Numbered from the stretch's first letter, positions 1 to 14,142 are shown. The stretch is DNA of 64,000 nt from Eledone cirrhosa (GCA_964016885.1 OZ024741.1:55118001-55182000); one strand, 5' to 3'. The notes: generated by a model not told the origin, from the sequence alone. A program made the numbers and translations.

Positions 1-1443
1 TCTTCAAAAAGTGAAATAAGTCCCTTGCAGTGAACTACCGTCCGATCTCACTCACCTCTCGTATTATCAAGGTATTTGAGAGGGTGGTGAGATCACGAAT
101 AACCCACTTTCTTGAAAGCAACGGCCTGCTGAACTCCAACTAACATGGGTTCCGTAATGGAAAGGACTGCCTAACGCAGCTCCTGCATCACTTTGACGAC
201 GTTTTGAGAGCCTTGGGAGAGGGCTCCAACACTGATGTCATCTACCTTGATTTCAGCAAGGCCTTCGACAGGGTTGATCATAAGATTCTACTGAAAAAAC
301 TATCCAATGTTGGTGTCTCTGGAAGGTTACTACAGTGGATCAAATGTTTCCTGACAGGCAGAACCCAGCATGTTGTATTCGAAGGAGTAGAATCAAGCCC
401 TGCCAAAGTCCGCAGTGGCGTCCCACAGGGCACTGTGTTGGGTCCACTTATTTTCATCATCTACATTAATAACATTACTGACATCATCAAACACAGTAAC
501 ATCAGAATCTTCGCAGATGATTCCAAGCTCCAAAGGGTCATCAATGAGGTGGGTGACCGGACTTGCCTTCAGTCAGACCTACTGGCTGTTATCCAATGGG
601 CAGAGATGAATAATATGCTGTTGAATGAGGATAAATTTGAACTAATCCACTTTGGAAAAAAGGATGCTCTGAAACTACCATACTCTCTTCCTTCGGGTGA
701 AACTCTGGTGACTTCCAATAACATCAGAGACCTGGGAGTAATTGTGAACAACAATATAAGCTGGGCCACGCATATAAACAGCAAAGTTGATATGGTCCGC
801 AGAATGTGTTCCTGGATTCTCAGAACTTTCCAGTCGAGAGATATCCACACTGTTATCCTTCACTTCTCCCCTTTTGCCAGACCCCACCTTGAATACTGTT
901 GTCCACTGTGGTCACCCCACACGAAACAAAGTATCATGAAAGATGAAGCACCCCAAAGGTCAATTATAAAAAAGATAGTTGGCATGACAGGCCTTGACTA
1001 TTGGGGTCGATTAGAAAAGCTCAAACTTTATTCTCTTCAACGTCCCCGTGAGCACTACATTATCTGTATGATGTGGAAAATATTCCATTAGGTTAGCCCA
1101 AATGATGTTGGCATCATCTTTAGTGTACACGCAAGGCTTGGGCCCCATGCTATCCGCCCAGGACAAAAATCCCACTCGCATTACATAAGAACAATACGGC
1201 ACAATTATTTCACCTCAATTGGCCCTGCACTCTTTAAGATTACACCAAAACACATCAAAGCAGAGACAGACCCCATCAAGTTCAAGAAGTCTTTGGATAA
1301 ATTCCATCAAGAAATCCCGGATAAGCCTCCTACACCCGGATATGCCTCCGTAAAGAATAACAAAGACTTCGCCAGATGGTGCTATTAAGTTAGACATGGC
1401 CTGGACCAATACTGGCCGAAACCTATCAAAGTTATCAAAGTTA
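1..1443 (+). mobile_element. CR1-clade LINE, 3' part (RT, pseudogenised), runs off window start
   Basis: ORF 204-1091 has RT motifs YLDFSKAFD, GVPQGTVLGP, FADD. Upstream NYRPISLTS and HGFR are interrupted by a stop near 141, and there is a premature TAG at 1089-1091. The end is a tandem ATCAAAGTT tail followed by (TA)n. Confidence 0.9.
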
Positions 1444-1445
1444 TA

Positions 1446-1503
<58 letters not shown>

Positions 1504-1508
1504 CATAA

Positions 1509-1545
<37 letters not shown>

Positions 1546-1546
1546 C

Positions 1547-1579
<33 letters not shown>

Positions 1580-1585
1580 CATATA

Positions 1586-1696
<111 letters not shown>

Positions 1697-1736
1697 GATA
1701 TTAAATAAATGGAAACTATATTTATAAAACCATATT

Positions 1737-1802
1737 TATTTCATTATATATATTTCAGGGATATCATATTAACAATATGTTATGCCTTCTTCAGACAAAA
1801 TA
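1737..1802 (-). ncRNA. Minimal type-I hammerhead ribozyme (inverted copy, family A)
   Basis: Reverse complement of 4173-4238. Confidence 0.75.
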
Positions 1803-2640
1803 CAATATAGACAGTTTTATAGATAAATAGATTTGACATACCGTTCAACATCGACTTGTATTTGAAAAAGTTGATTTGGCAGTGAAAAATTGTAAACAGA
1901 AAGAAAGAAAGAAAGAAAGAAGGAAAGAAAGAAAGAAAACGAAGAAAAAGAAGAAAAAGAAGAAATGCATGCAACAAAATAGAGAGATGGAAAGATAGAT
2001 AAAGAGAAGAACTTCATGTAAAGAAACAGAGAGAGATATATAGAGAGAGGAAATAGATAGAGATAGATATATATAGAGAAAAGTAGGTAGTTGAACGACG
2101 TATCAATGATACATTTATTTATTTATTTATTTATTTATTTAGCTCTAGTATTAATGTAAGGGAGATATATGTGGTTAGGAAAGAAACCAGCCGTTATATA
2201 GAGAGAAAAATGAAAAGTAACCAGACATAGGCGAGGCAGAATTTAAAAACCCTATGTTTTAATGTAGAAATATTAGTTCGTATAAAAACCAGGCATTATA
2301 ATGTAAATATCAGTATTCCTGAATGAGACACGTATCTATAATGTGTGAAAAGTAATGATCTTATGTCTAGTTTTAAAAATTCATATGTTTATATGATAAC
2401 TACAAACATCGATGTGAATTTACGTGATCAACTCTGCAAACCCCTATTTTACACGGAGAACATTCTCATTGTGCTATAAAAATTTAAGTATACATATATG
2501 TGTATATATACACATATATATAGAGTCTATATTAATTTTAACAATACTATTCTTGTCTTTACTCTACATGATTATCTATCAAGCAGAAATAGAGAACAGA
2601 TTTCAATATATTAATAAAAATATCAGAAACAAAAACAAAA

Positions 2641-2721
<81 letters not shown>

Positions 2722-2723
<2 letters not shown>

Positions 2724-2862
2724 GACATGTGACCTCTGCGCGGAGGAGATATTCTTTATACTAAAATCTAAAAATTCCCTTAATCTACGGACAAATTTAT
2801 TCAGTTGCTGCAAACATAGATTGAACTCAACTTTTAAATATAAATTTAAATTTAAAATGTAG
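2722..2862 (+). pseudogene. C-terminal remnant of PLE GIY-YIG endonuclease
   Basis: My translation KTCDLCAEEIFFILKSKNSLNLRTNLFSCCKHRLNSTFKYKFKFKM* aligns to the end of ORF 7936-10296 (CRLCSQELFEIMKSKDILLNKRQELIISCNHKLRKTFKY). Confidence 0.85.
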
Positions 2863-4172
2863 TATATTTAGTTTGATTTGTAATTATTTGGGAAACTAGC
2901 CGATAAATCTTTCGATTTCTTCTTTTTCTTTTTATTTTTATTTTAAACATTCTTCATGAAAAATTAAACTACCCTAAAAGTTGATGCTCCAAATATATCG
3001 AATAAACGTTACACTAGATAAACTTCTATATTAAATATAAGAACATATGTAGACCAAATGGGCATCCTAAACTTTTGAAATGATTTCTGCTAGACGCGAT
3101 TTGGTAAATAATTTTTAGCTTTATCTGTTTTCGACTCTGATGCTTATAATGAACTTGGCAATATATTGTCAATTAATTTTGAATGGTTGATCTTTGTGGT
3201 CGATTTGCGTGGCATATTATGTTTTTATTTTTATTATTTTAATATTTTTTTAATATTTTTAATATTTTCATTTTTAATATGTAATATTTTTTAGTTTTAT
3301 ATTTTATTTATTTGTTTATTATTATTATTATTATTATTTTTTGTTTTTGTTTCTGATATTTTTATTAATATATTGAAATCTGTTCTCTATTTCTGCTTGA
3401 TAGATAATCATGTAGAGTAAAGACAAGAATAGTATTGTTAAAATTAATATAGACTCTATATATATGTGTATATATACACATATATGTATACTTAAATTTT
3501 TATAGCACAATGAGAATGTTCTCCGTGTAAAATAGGGGTTTGCAGAGTTGATCACGTAAATTCACATCGATGTTTGTAGTTATCATATAAACATATGAAT
3601 TTTTAAAACTAGACATAAGATCATTACTTTTCACACATTATAGATACGTGTCTCATTCAGGAATACTGATATTTACATTATAATGCCTGGTTTTTATACG
3701 AACTAATATTTCTACATTAAAACATAGGGTTTTTAAATTCTGCCTCGCCTATGTCTGGTTACTTTTCATTTTTCTCTCTATATAACGGCTGGTTTCTTTC
3801 CTAACCACATATATCTCCCTTACATTAATACTAGAGCTAAATAAATAAATAAATAAATAAATGTATCATTGATACGTCGTTCAACTACCTACTTTTCTCT
3901 ATATATATCTATCTCTATCTATTTCCTCTCTCTATATATCTCTCTCTGTTTCTTTACATGAAGTTCTTCTCTTTATCTATCTTTCCATCTCTCTATTTTG
4001 TTGCATGCATTTCTTCTTTTTCTTCTTTTTCTTCGTTTTCTTTCTTTCTTTCCTTCCTTCTTTCTTTCTTTCTTTCTGTTTACAATTTTTCACTGCCAAA
4101 TCAACTTTTTCAAATACAAGTCGATGTTGAACGGTATGTCAAATCTATTTATCTATAAAACTGTCTATATTG

Positions 4173-4238
4173 TATTTTGTCTGAAGAAGGCATAACATAT
4201 TGTTAATATGATATCCCTGAAATATATATAATGAAATA
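4173..4238 (+). ncRNA. Minimal type-I hammerhead ribozyme (family A pseudo-LTR)
   Basis: Stem I TATTTTGT/ATGAAATA; core CTGAAGA (4181-4187); stem II AGG..CCT; GAAA (4219-4222); palindromic mini stem III T-ATAT-A, then UA. Predicted cleavage after 4230. Confidence 0.8.
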
Positions 4239-4365
4239 AATATGGTTTTATAAATATAGTTTCCATTTATTTAATATCGTAAATATACTCCAAATACTTG
4301 TTGAGTGCTTTTATATCAGTTATAAATATTTACTAGTTGTAACCCAACAATTTAAATATAACTTT

Positions 4366-5150
<785 letters not shown>

Positions 5151-5173
5151 GTATATATATATGTATATATATG

Positions 5174-5245
<72 letters not shown>

Positions 5246-5295
5246 TGTATATATATATATATGAATATATATGTATATATATATGTATATATATG

Positions 5296-5328
<33 letters not shown>

Positions 5329-5366
5329 GTATGTATATATATATACATATATATATATATACATAC

Positions 5367-5495
<129 letters not shown>

Positions 5496-5586
5496 CATAT
5501 ATATACACATATATATATACATATATATATATACATATATATATATATACATATATATATAAACATATATATAAATATATATATAC

Positions 5587-5679
<93 letters not shown>

Positions 5680-5684
5680 CATAT

Positions 5685-5747
<63 letters not shown>

Positions 5748-5801
5748 TAAAAAAAATAATGAATAAAACAATGAAACAGTTCCTTATATTAAACAAAAAA
5801 G

Positions 5802-5955
5802 TTCATTATTTAACGATCGTTTCTAGGATATATATGTGTTAGAATTGGCATGCATATTCAACAGATCTATGTACAAAATTATACAAAATTATACAAACTA
5901 TCAAAATTAAATATACATACCAACACATATATATGCCGTCTTCAGAAATAATGAA
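5802..5955 (-). ncRNA. Hammerhead ribozyme (inverted copy, family B)
   Basis: Reverse complement of 14143-14296. Confidence 0.65.
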
Positions 5956-6556
5956 ATATATTTATTGATAATAACAACAATTCAAAATTACAGGTCTGTT
6001 TGGGAACAGAGTTCAAATTGACCAATGAAAACACAAAAAGTTTATACAGTTAGGTGTATGTATATATGTAAGTAACTTCGGGCACAGATATGCATAAAAA
6101 CATATGTTCACATGCATACGCATGCCGAAAAGATGTATGTAAATACAAAAATTCAGGGCTAATGTCTCTGTATGTTTATAATCTACAGATAAAATACGTA
6201 TACGCATATAAACACATAAATATAAAAATAAATATATACACATTCATATACTCACACATATACATACATTCACACACACACGCGCGTATACGCATAAACA
6301 TACACACAACCACGAACATACATACACACACACACCCCCACACACATATATGTGTATATACTATTATCATAAGCATATGGACATTAATGCGCGCACATAA
6401 ACACTGCCACACATATTTAGATCCAGATACAGAAAGTAGGTGGGGGGGAAGAGGTCAGTATTTACCGGTGTCAGCAAACTGCCTATTTATAAATGTATCT
6501 ATAAATTTAGAAATAAAAAGAAAAAAGAAAAATATTAAGAAAACATATATATATAC

Positions 6557-6646
<90 letters not shown>

Positions 6647-6686
6647 AAGTAAAATATAAAATATACATCGATATACATACATATAC

Positions 6687-6719
<33 letters not shown>

Positions 6720-6924
6720 CACATACATACATATGCATACACATATACATAAACACATACATACACATACATATACATACACACACCATATAAATACATA
6801 TACACATACACACACGCATACATATAGAGACACATACATATACATATATAAATACATAGACATATACATATATACACACATATATATATACACATACACA
6901 CATAGATATATATATACATTCACA

Positions 6925-6977
<53 letters not shown>

Positions 6978-7050
6978 TATATACACATATATCTATACAC
7001 ATATATAAACACACTCATGTATATACACACATACACATACATACCCACAC

Positions 7051-7084
<34 letters not shown>

Positions 7085-7154
7085 ATACACACATATACAC
7101 ATACACACATACAAAGATATATATATATATATACACACACACACATATAATATA

Positions 7155-7191
<37 letters not shown>

Positions 7192-7650
7192 TATATACAT
7201 ATATATACACATATATATATATATATATATACACATACATACACATACATACTCATACATAGATATACATATATACACACACACACATACACACATACAT
7301 ATACGCATATATACACATACATACACATCCATGTATGCGTATACACATATAAACACAACCACACGCTCACATAACTCAGACATACATAAATAAAGGGATA
7401 TACATACACATATATACATATATAAATAGAGATACATATACACATATAAATATATACACACATACACACACACACATATACATACACACACATACACACA
7501 TACATATATATACACACACATACATATACATATATATATATATATATATACATATATATATAAAAATAAAGAAATAAAAGAAATAAATAAATAAATTAAT
7601 TAATACACACAGTCAGACAAATATGCACACACATACATATACACACATAT

Positions 7651-7681
<31 letters not shown>

Positions 7682-7725
7682 CATACATATACATACATAT
7701 ATATATACACATACACACATCAACT

Positions 7726-7763
<38 letters not shown>

Positions 7764-7935
7764 AAAGTTATATTTAAATTGTTGGGTTACAACTAGTAAA
7801 TATTTATAACTGATATAAATGCACTCAACAAGTATTTGGAGTATATTTACGATACTAAATAAATGGAAACTACATCTACAAAACCATATCTATCTCATCA
7901 TACATACCTCAGGGACATCACACTAACAATATGTT

Positions 7936-10296
7936 ATGCCCTCCTCAGACAAAATACTGCCAAATCAACTTTTCAAATACAAGTCGATGTTGAACGGTAT
8001 GTCAAATCTATTTATTTATAAAACTGTCTATATTGTATTTTGTCTGAAGAAGGCACAACACTCTTTGCTTGAAGACTTTGAGAAAGACCTTTTTAATTTA
8101 ATTAAACACCTCAAATTTAAGAAGTATAAATCTGTCTTTCAAAAGGACCTTGATTCTACCCTATTTGACCTAAAAAAGTCTAAAAAAATCCATGTCCACT
8201 CGGACAAAACTCGTAACTTGTATCACATGGATATTGAAGATTATAATGAGTTCATATATAAAGAACTCAGGAAAAATTATAAAAAATCTAATAATGCGTC
8301 ACTCACCAACATCAACAACAAAACACACAACATAGTAAAAAAACTAAACATTGAAGATAGAACTGAACCTTTGGCATTGAAAAGACCACACTTCAACCTG
8401 AAGGATCATAAATCAAACTTTAACTCAAATCCTTCTATAAGACTTATATGTCCCTCCAAATCTGATATTGGAATAATTAGCAAAAAAATTTTGGATAGAG
8501 TCATCCCACAAATAAGAAAACACGTTAATTTACCACTCTGGGAAAACACTTCCCAGGTAATTAACTGGTTTAAAAATATTAGATGTAAATCTTCTGCTTC
8601 ATTTCTACAATTTGATATAGATAATTACTATTCTTCTATATCACCTATACTCCTGAACAAAGCATTGATATTTGCTAAAAATAGATCTAACTTAACTTTG
8701 GATGACATTAATATTATTACACATGCTAGACTAACACTTATTGAATTTCAGAATGAATACTGGACCAGAAACACATATAATTATCTATTTGATATTACTA
8801 TGGGTTCAAGCGATTCCGCCCAAATTACTGATCTTGTGGGCCTCTTTCTCCTTTTCAACATAAATGCCTCCTTTCCCCACCTTAAAGGTGGTTTATATCG
8901 TGATGACTGTCTTCTTCTTTCCAACAACCTTAGCCTTTCAGAAATAGAAAAAAACAAAAAGCATATTAGAACTTTCCTTAAAGACTATTATAGTCTTCAT
9001 ATTACTTTTGAAAAAACAAGTAAAGTAGTAAATTTCCTAGATATAACTTTAGACTTAGCTACGGGTATCTACCAACCTTACCATAAACCCAACCAAAACT
9101 TACACTACATACACTCACAATCTAATCACCCTAAATCTATCCTTAAAAACCTTGCATATAATATATCACTTAGAATTTCTAACCTTTCTTCTAACCAAGA
9201 TGTATTTGATAAAAATGCGACCTTCTATAACGAAGCTCTAGATAGAAGTGGCCACAAAAATAGATTAGAGTATATACCTTCTACTAAAAATACTATAAAC
9301 ATACAACCTAATATTACCAACAAACACCAAATGAAAAGTACACACCTAAATGCCACCCACATTATACCCCAAAATACCAACAACTCTTCTAATATAAAGT
9401 ATAGTAACTCTCAAAAAACTACTCATCATACAACTCTAATAAATGTTAATAATAAAACCCCTAATAAACAAGATAAAACACCTAAATCTATAAATCTAAC
9501 TAAAAATGTGCGTGGTGAGATCATTAACATTAATCCTCCTAGTAAACATCACGATACAACCTATAAAAATAATAAACAACATAGAAACCGTAATAGACGA
9601 GTTACTTGGTATAATGCTCCATTTAATTTACAAATTAAGGATAATATTGCTAAAAAAATTTTTTGTATCCTAGAGAAAAACTTCCCGCCAAACCACAAAT
9701 ACCATCAAATCTTAAATAGGTCTACAGTTAAATTCTCATACTCAACAACCAATAACATAAAACAAAATATAAGTGCCTATAATGCATATAAATGTAAGAA
9801 TACCATAAGTATACCACCAATACATCAAACTAACCATAATATCTCCTCAAATACAGAATTAACGAAAGGTTGTAACTGTAGAAACAAAGCAAACTGCCCA
9901 TTAAAAGGAAATTGTCTTGTTAACAACATAGTTTATAAATGTAATGTTAAAACTAAAGATTCTATTTGCTCATATATAGGAGCTACTTCTAACAATTTTA
10001 AGGTAAGGTTTAATACCCACAAACATAGTTTTAAAAATGCCGCACTGGCTAATACAACATCTCTAGCAGAAAAAATCAATAGTTATAAAAATAAGAATAT
10101 AGAATATGATATGACCTGGAGTGTGCTCAAAAGAGCCACCCCTTATCAAAATAATAGAAATGAATGTAGATTATGTTCCCAAGAACTATTTGAAATAATG
10201 AAATCTAAGGATATCCTATTAAATAAACGACAGGAATTAATTATATCGTGTAATCATAAACTAAGAAAAACATTTAAATATTATAAACCTAATTAA
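7936..10296 (+). CDS. PLE reverse transcriptase plus C-terminal GIY-YIG endonuclease; genuine coding sequence starts ~8062 (5'-truncated)
   Basis: Motifs SDKTRNLY, LKDHK..PSIRLICP, QFDIDNYYSSI, TMGS, LYRDD, FLDITL, YHKP; linker CNCx5Cx5C; IVY..YIG, RFNTH, CRLC..E, LLNKR..CNH. No stop in 786 codons. The first ~42 codons derive from the inverted repeat. Confidence 0.93.
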   Translation: MPSSDKILPNQLFKYKSMLNGMSNLFIYKTVYIVFCLKKAQHSLLEDFEKDLFNLIKHLKFKKYKSVFQKDLDSTLFDLKKSKKIHVHSDKTRNLYHMDIEDYNEFIYKELRKNYKKSNNASLTNINNKTHNIVKKLNIEDRTEPLALKRPHFNLKDHKSNFNSNPSIRLICPSKSDIGIISKKILDRVIPQIRKHVNLPLWENTSQVINWFKNIRCKSSASFLQFDIDNYYSSISPILLNKALIFAKNRSNLTLDDINIITHARLTLIEFQNEYWTRNTYNYLFDITMGSSDSAQITDLVGLFLLFNINASFPHLKGGLYRDDCLLLSNNLSLSEIEKNKKHIRTFLKDYYSLHITFEKTSKVVNFLDITLDLATGIYQPYHKPNQNLHYIHSQSNHPKSILKNLAYNISLRISNLSSNQDVFDKNATFYNEALDRSGHKNRLEYIPSTKNTINIQPNITNKHQMKSTHLNATHIIPQNTNNSSNIKYSNSQKTTHHTTLINVNNKTPNKQDKTPKSINLTKNVRGEIININPPSKHHDTTYKNNKQHRNRNRRVTWYNAPFNLQIKDNIAKKIFCILEKNFPPNHKYHQILNRSTVKFSYSTTNNIKQNISAYNAYKCKNTISIPPIHQTNHNISSNTELTKGCNCRNKANCPLKGNCLVNNIVYKCNVKTKDSICSYIGATSNNFKVRFNTHKHSFKNAALANTTSLAEKINSYKNKNIEYDMTWSVLKRATPYQNNRNECRLCSQELFEIMKSKDILLNKRQELIISCNHKLRKTFKYYKPN

Positions 10297-10779
10297 TAAC
10301 ATTATTTTAGAAATTAATATATAATTTAATTTAAATGTTAGTTAACCTATAAATTTAATTTAATTAAAATTCTACTACAGATGAGATTATAAAATATTGT
10401 GTAATCATAAATTGTGAAAAACTTTTAAATATTACTAATATATACTTCGTAAATTAATTTATAGATTAATTTTAATTTATTTAACCTTTTATTAAAATTC
10501 CTTTACAGATTAAATATAACAAAATATCGTGTATTCAATGACAGAGAAATATTTTTTAATATTATAGACCTAATTATTGTACATTTTAGAAATATATTTA
10601 TAATTTGGTTTTAATTTGGTTAACCTAAAAATTTAATTTAATTGGCTTAAAATTAAAATCCTAATACAGATGGATTGCAGAGTGTCATGTAATCATAGAC
10701 TGAGATAGGTTTTGGATATATACCTAGTTAATATATTCTTTGCAATTTTTGAAAAAATATGTATATATGTATGTATATG

Positions 10780-10840
<61 letters not shown>

Positions 10841-11230
10841 GTGTGTATATATATATGTGTATATATTAATTTTAATTTCTGTTTACCTATAATTATATTC
10901 TACTATAGATAAAATACAATATCTGTTTTAATTATTATAAACCTAATTAACATATACTATAGAAATTAATATATAATTTTTAATTTAGTTAACCTATAAT
11001 TTATATTCTACTACCGATGTAATACTTTATTTGGTTTTTTTCCCTATTACTAAATTCATTTCCTAATATTGATACCATAACGTTAATAATTTTAATTTAG
11101 TTATACTATAATTAATACTCTACTACTATTTAACTTCAAAATTCCGCTTCAAATATTATAAACCTAAGTAGTATACACCTTAGAAATCAATATATTAACT
11201 ATCTTTAATTTAGTTAACCTATAATTAATA
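10243..11230 (+). repeat. Degenerate ~130-160-bp tandem repeats derived from the ORF end/3' UTR start
   Basis: Recurring motifs (A)TATCGTGTAATCATAAA (10243, 10394, 10524, 10682), TTATAAACCTAATTA, GTTAACCTATAA and TCTACTACAGAT. Confidence 0.7.
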
Positions 11231-11510
11231 GTCTACTTATATTAAAATGCATAATTTTGCCTTCTTTCTTACATTTCCTAATACTGAAACTACTATGTAA
11301 ACACATATTATGATCTAAATGCAGATTAATATTCTATGTTTCTTGAAACCTATATTTACTATAATCCCCTCCCCCCCCCCTATTATTATTTGTATTTGTA
11401 AGCGTGGATGTATGTATGTATATGTAGGTAGGTATGTATGTTTGGGTGTTTGTATGTGAGTATAAAAATACATATGTGCGCATGTAAATAAGGGTGTATG
11501 ATTGTGTGTA

Positions 11511-11575
<65 letters not shown>

Positions 11576-11717
11576 GTATGTATATATATATATATATATA
11601 TATGTATCTATGTATTTATGTGGGTATATGTGTGTATGTATATGTATGCGCATGTATACGTCTATGTGTATATGTGTGTATGTGTATATATGTACGTATG
11701 TGCGCATGTATATGTGA

Positions 11718-11768
<51 letters not shown>

Positions 11769-11769
<1 letters not shown>

Positions 11770-12149
11770 GATATTGAATGAATGGAGGCTGTATTTGTAG
11801 GGCCATGTTTGTTTCATTATATATGTTTCAGGGATGTCATATTGACGATGTGTTGTGCCTTCTTCAGATAAAATACAATATAGACAGTTTTATAAATAAA
11901 TAGATTTGACATACCGTTCAACATCGACTTGTATTTGAAAAGTTGATTTGGCAGTATTTTGTCTGAGGAGGGCATAACATATTGTTAGTGTGATGTCCCT
12001 GAGGTATGTATGATGAGATAGATATGGTTTTGTAGATGTAGTTTCCATTTATTTAGTATCGTAAATATACTCCAAATACTTGTTGAGTGCTTTTATATCA
12101 GTTATAAATATTTACTAGTTGTAACCCAACAATTTAAATATAACTTTCC

Positions 12150-12150
<1 letters not shown>
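11769..12150 (+). mobile_element. Family-A pseudo-LTR mini-insertion (inverted + direct copy forming a hairpin), A-to-G hypermutated, nested in a (TA)n tract of the element B 3' UTR
   Basis: 11769-11954 matches 1696-1883 and 11955-12150 matches 4173-4368. The 32 A>G differences are confined to the paired arms. Confidence 0.9.
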
Positions 12151-12181
<31 letters not shown>

Positions 12182-12225
12182 AGTTGATGTGTGTATGTGT
12201 ATATATATATGTATGTATATGTACG

Positions 12226-12262
<37 letters not shown>

Positions 12263-12757
12263 ATATGTGTGTATATGTATGTGTGTGCATATTTGTCTGA
12301 CTGTGTGTATTAATTTATTTATTTATTTATTTATTTTATTTCTTTATTTTTATATATATATGTATATATATATATATATATATGTATATGTATGTGTGTG
12401 TATATATATGTATGTGTGTATGTGTGTGTATGTATATGTGTGTGTGTGTATGTGTGTATATATTTATATGTGTATATGTATCTCTATTTATATATGTATA
12501 TATGTGTATGTATATCCCTTTATTTATGTATGTCTGAGTTATGTGAGCGTGTGGTTGTGTTTATATGTGTATACGCATACATGGATGTGTATGTATGTGT
12601 ATATATGCGTATATGTATGTGTGTATGTGTGTGTGTGTATATATGTATATCTATGTATGAGTATGTATGTGTATGTATGTGTATATATATATATATGTGT
12701 ATATATATGTATATATATATGTATATATATATATATATATATATTTATTATATTATA

Positions 12758-12788
<31 letters not shown>

Positions 12789-12820
12789 CTTTGTATGTGT
12801 GTATGTGTATATGTGTGTAT

Positions 12821-12907
<87 letters not shown>

Positions 12908-12975
12908 GGTATGTATGTGTATGTGTGTATATACATGAGTGTGTTTATATATGTGTATAGATATATGTGTATATA

Positions 12976-13012
<37 letters not shown>

Positions 13013-13217
13013 TGTGAATGTATATATATATCTATGTGTGTATGTGTATATATATATGTGTGTATATATGTATATGTCTATGTATTTATATATGTATATG
13101 TATGTGTCTCTATATGTATGCGTGTGTGTATGTGTATATGTATTTATATGGTGTGTGTATGTATATGTATGTGTATGTATGTGTTTATGTATATGTGTAT
13201 GTATATGTATGTATGTG

Positions 13218-13252
<35 letters not shown>

Positions 13253-13292
13253 GTATATGTATGTATATCGATGTATATTTTATATTTTACTT

Positions 13293-13344
<52 letters not shown>

Positions 13345-13369
13345 GTATATATATATGTTTTCTTAATAT

Positions 13370-13582
13370 TTTTCTTTTTTCTTTTTTCTTTTTTCTTTTT
13401 TCTTTTTTCTTTTTTCTTTTTTCTTTTTTCTTTTTTCTTTTTTCTTTTTTCTTTTTTCTTTTTTCTTTTTTCTTTTTTCTTTTTTCTTTTTTCTTTTTTC
13501 TTTTTTCTTTTTTCTTTTTTCTTTTTTCTTTTTTCTTTTTTCTTTTTTCTTTTTTCTTTTTTCTTTTTTCTTTTTTCTTTTT
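13370..13582 (+). repeat. (CTTTTTT)n heptamer expansion
   Basis: About 30 perfect units. The mirror site in the left arm (~6515-6532) has about 2. Confidence 0.9.
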
Positions 13583-14142
13583 ATTTCTAAATTTATAGAT
13601 ACATTTATAAATAGGCAGTTTGCTGACACCGGTAAATACTGACCTCTCCCCCCCCCCCACCTACTTTCTGTATCTGGATCTAAATATGTGTGGCAGTGTT
13701 TATGTGCGCGCATTAATGTCCATATGCTTATGATAATAGTATATACACATATATGTGTGTGGGGGTGTGTGTGTGTATGTATGTTCGTGGTTGTGTGTAT
13801 GTTTATGCGTATACGCGCGTGTGTGTGTGAATGTATGTATATGTGTGAGTATATGAATGTGTATATATTTATTTTTATATTTATGTGTTTATATGCGTAT
13901 ACGTATTTTATCTGTAGATTATAAACATAGAGACATTAGCCCTGAATTTTTGTATTTACATACATCTTTTCGGCATGCGTATGCATGTGAACATATATTT
14001 TTATGCATATCTGTGAACGAAGTTACTTACATATATACATACACCTAACTGTATAAACTTTTTGTGTTTTCATTGGTCAATTTGAACTCTGTTCCCAAAC
14101 AGACCTGTAATTTTGAATTGTTGTTATGATCAATAAATATAT

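Noticed and set aside
7936-8061. Native N-terminus of the PLE protein
   Set aside because: It derives from the inverted non-coding pseudo-LTR; the same peptide appears in spurious ORFs 1780-1977 and 3998-4195.
11769-12062. APOBEC, RIP or CpG-decay explanation for the hypermutation
   Set aside because: Those give C>T/G>A. Here the ancestral base is A (partner arm and two other copies), and the changes are same-strand A>G limited to the duplex.
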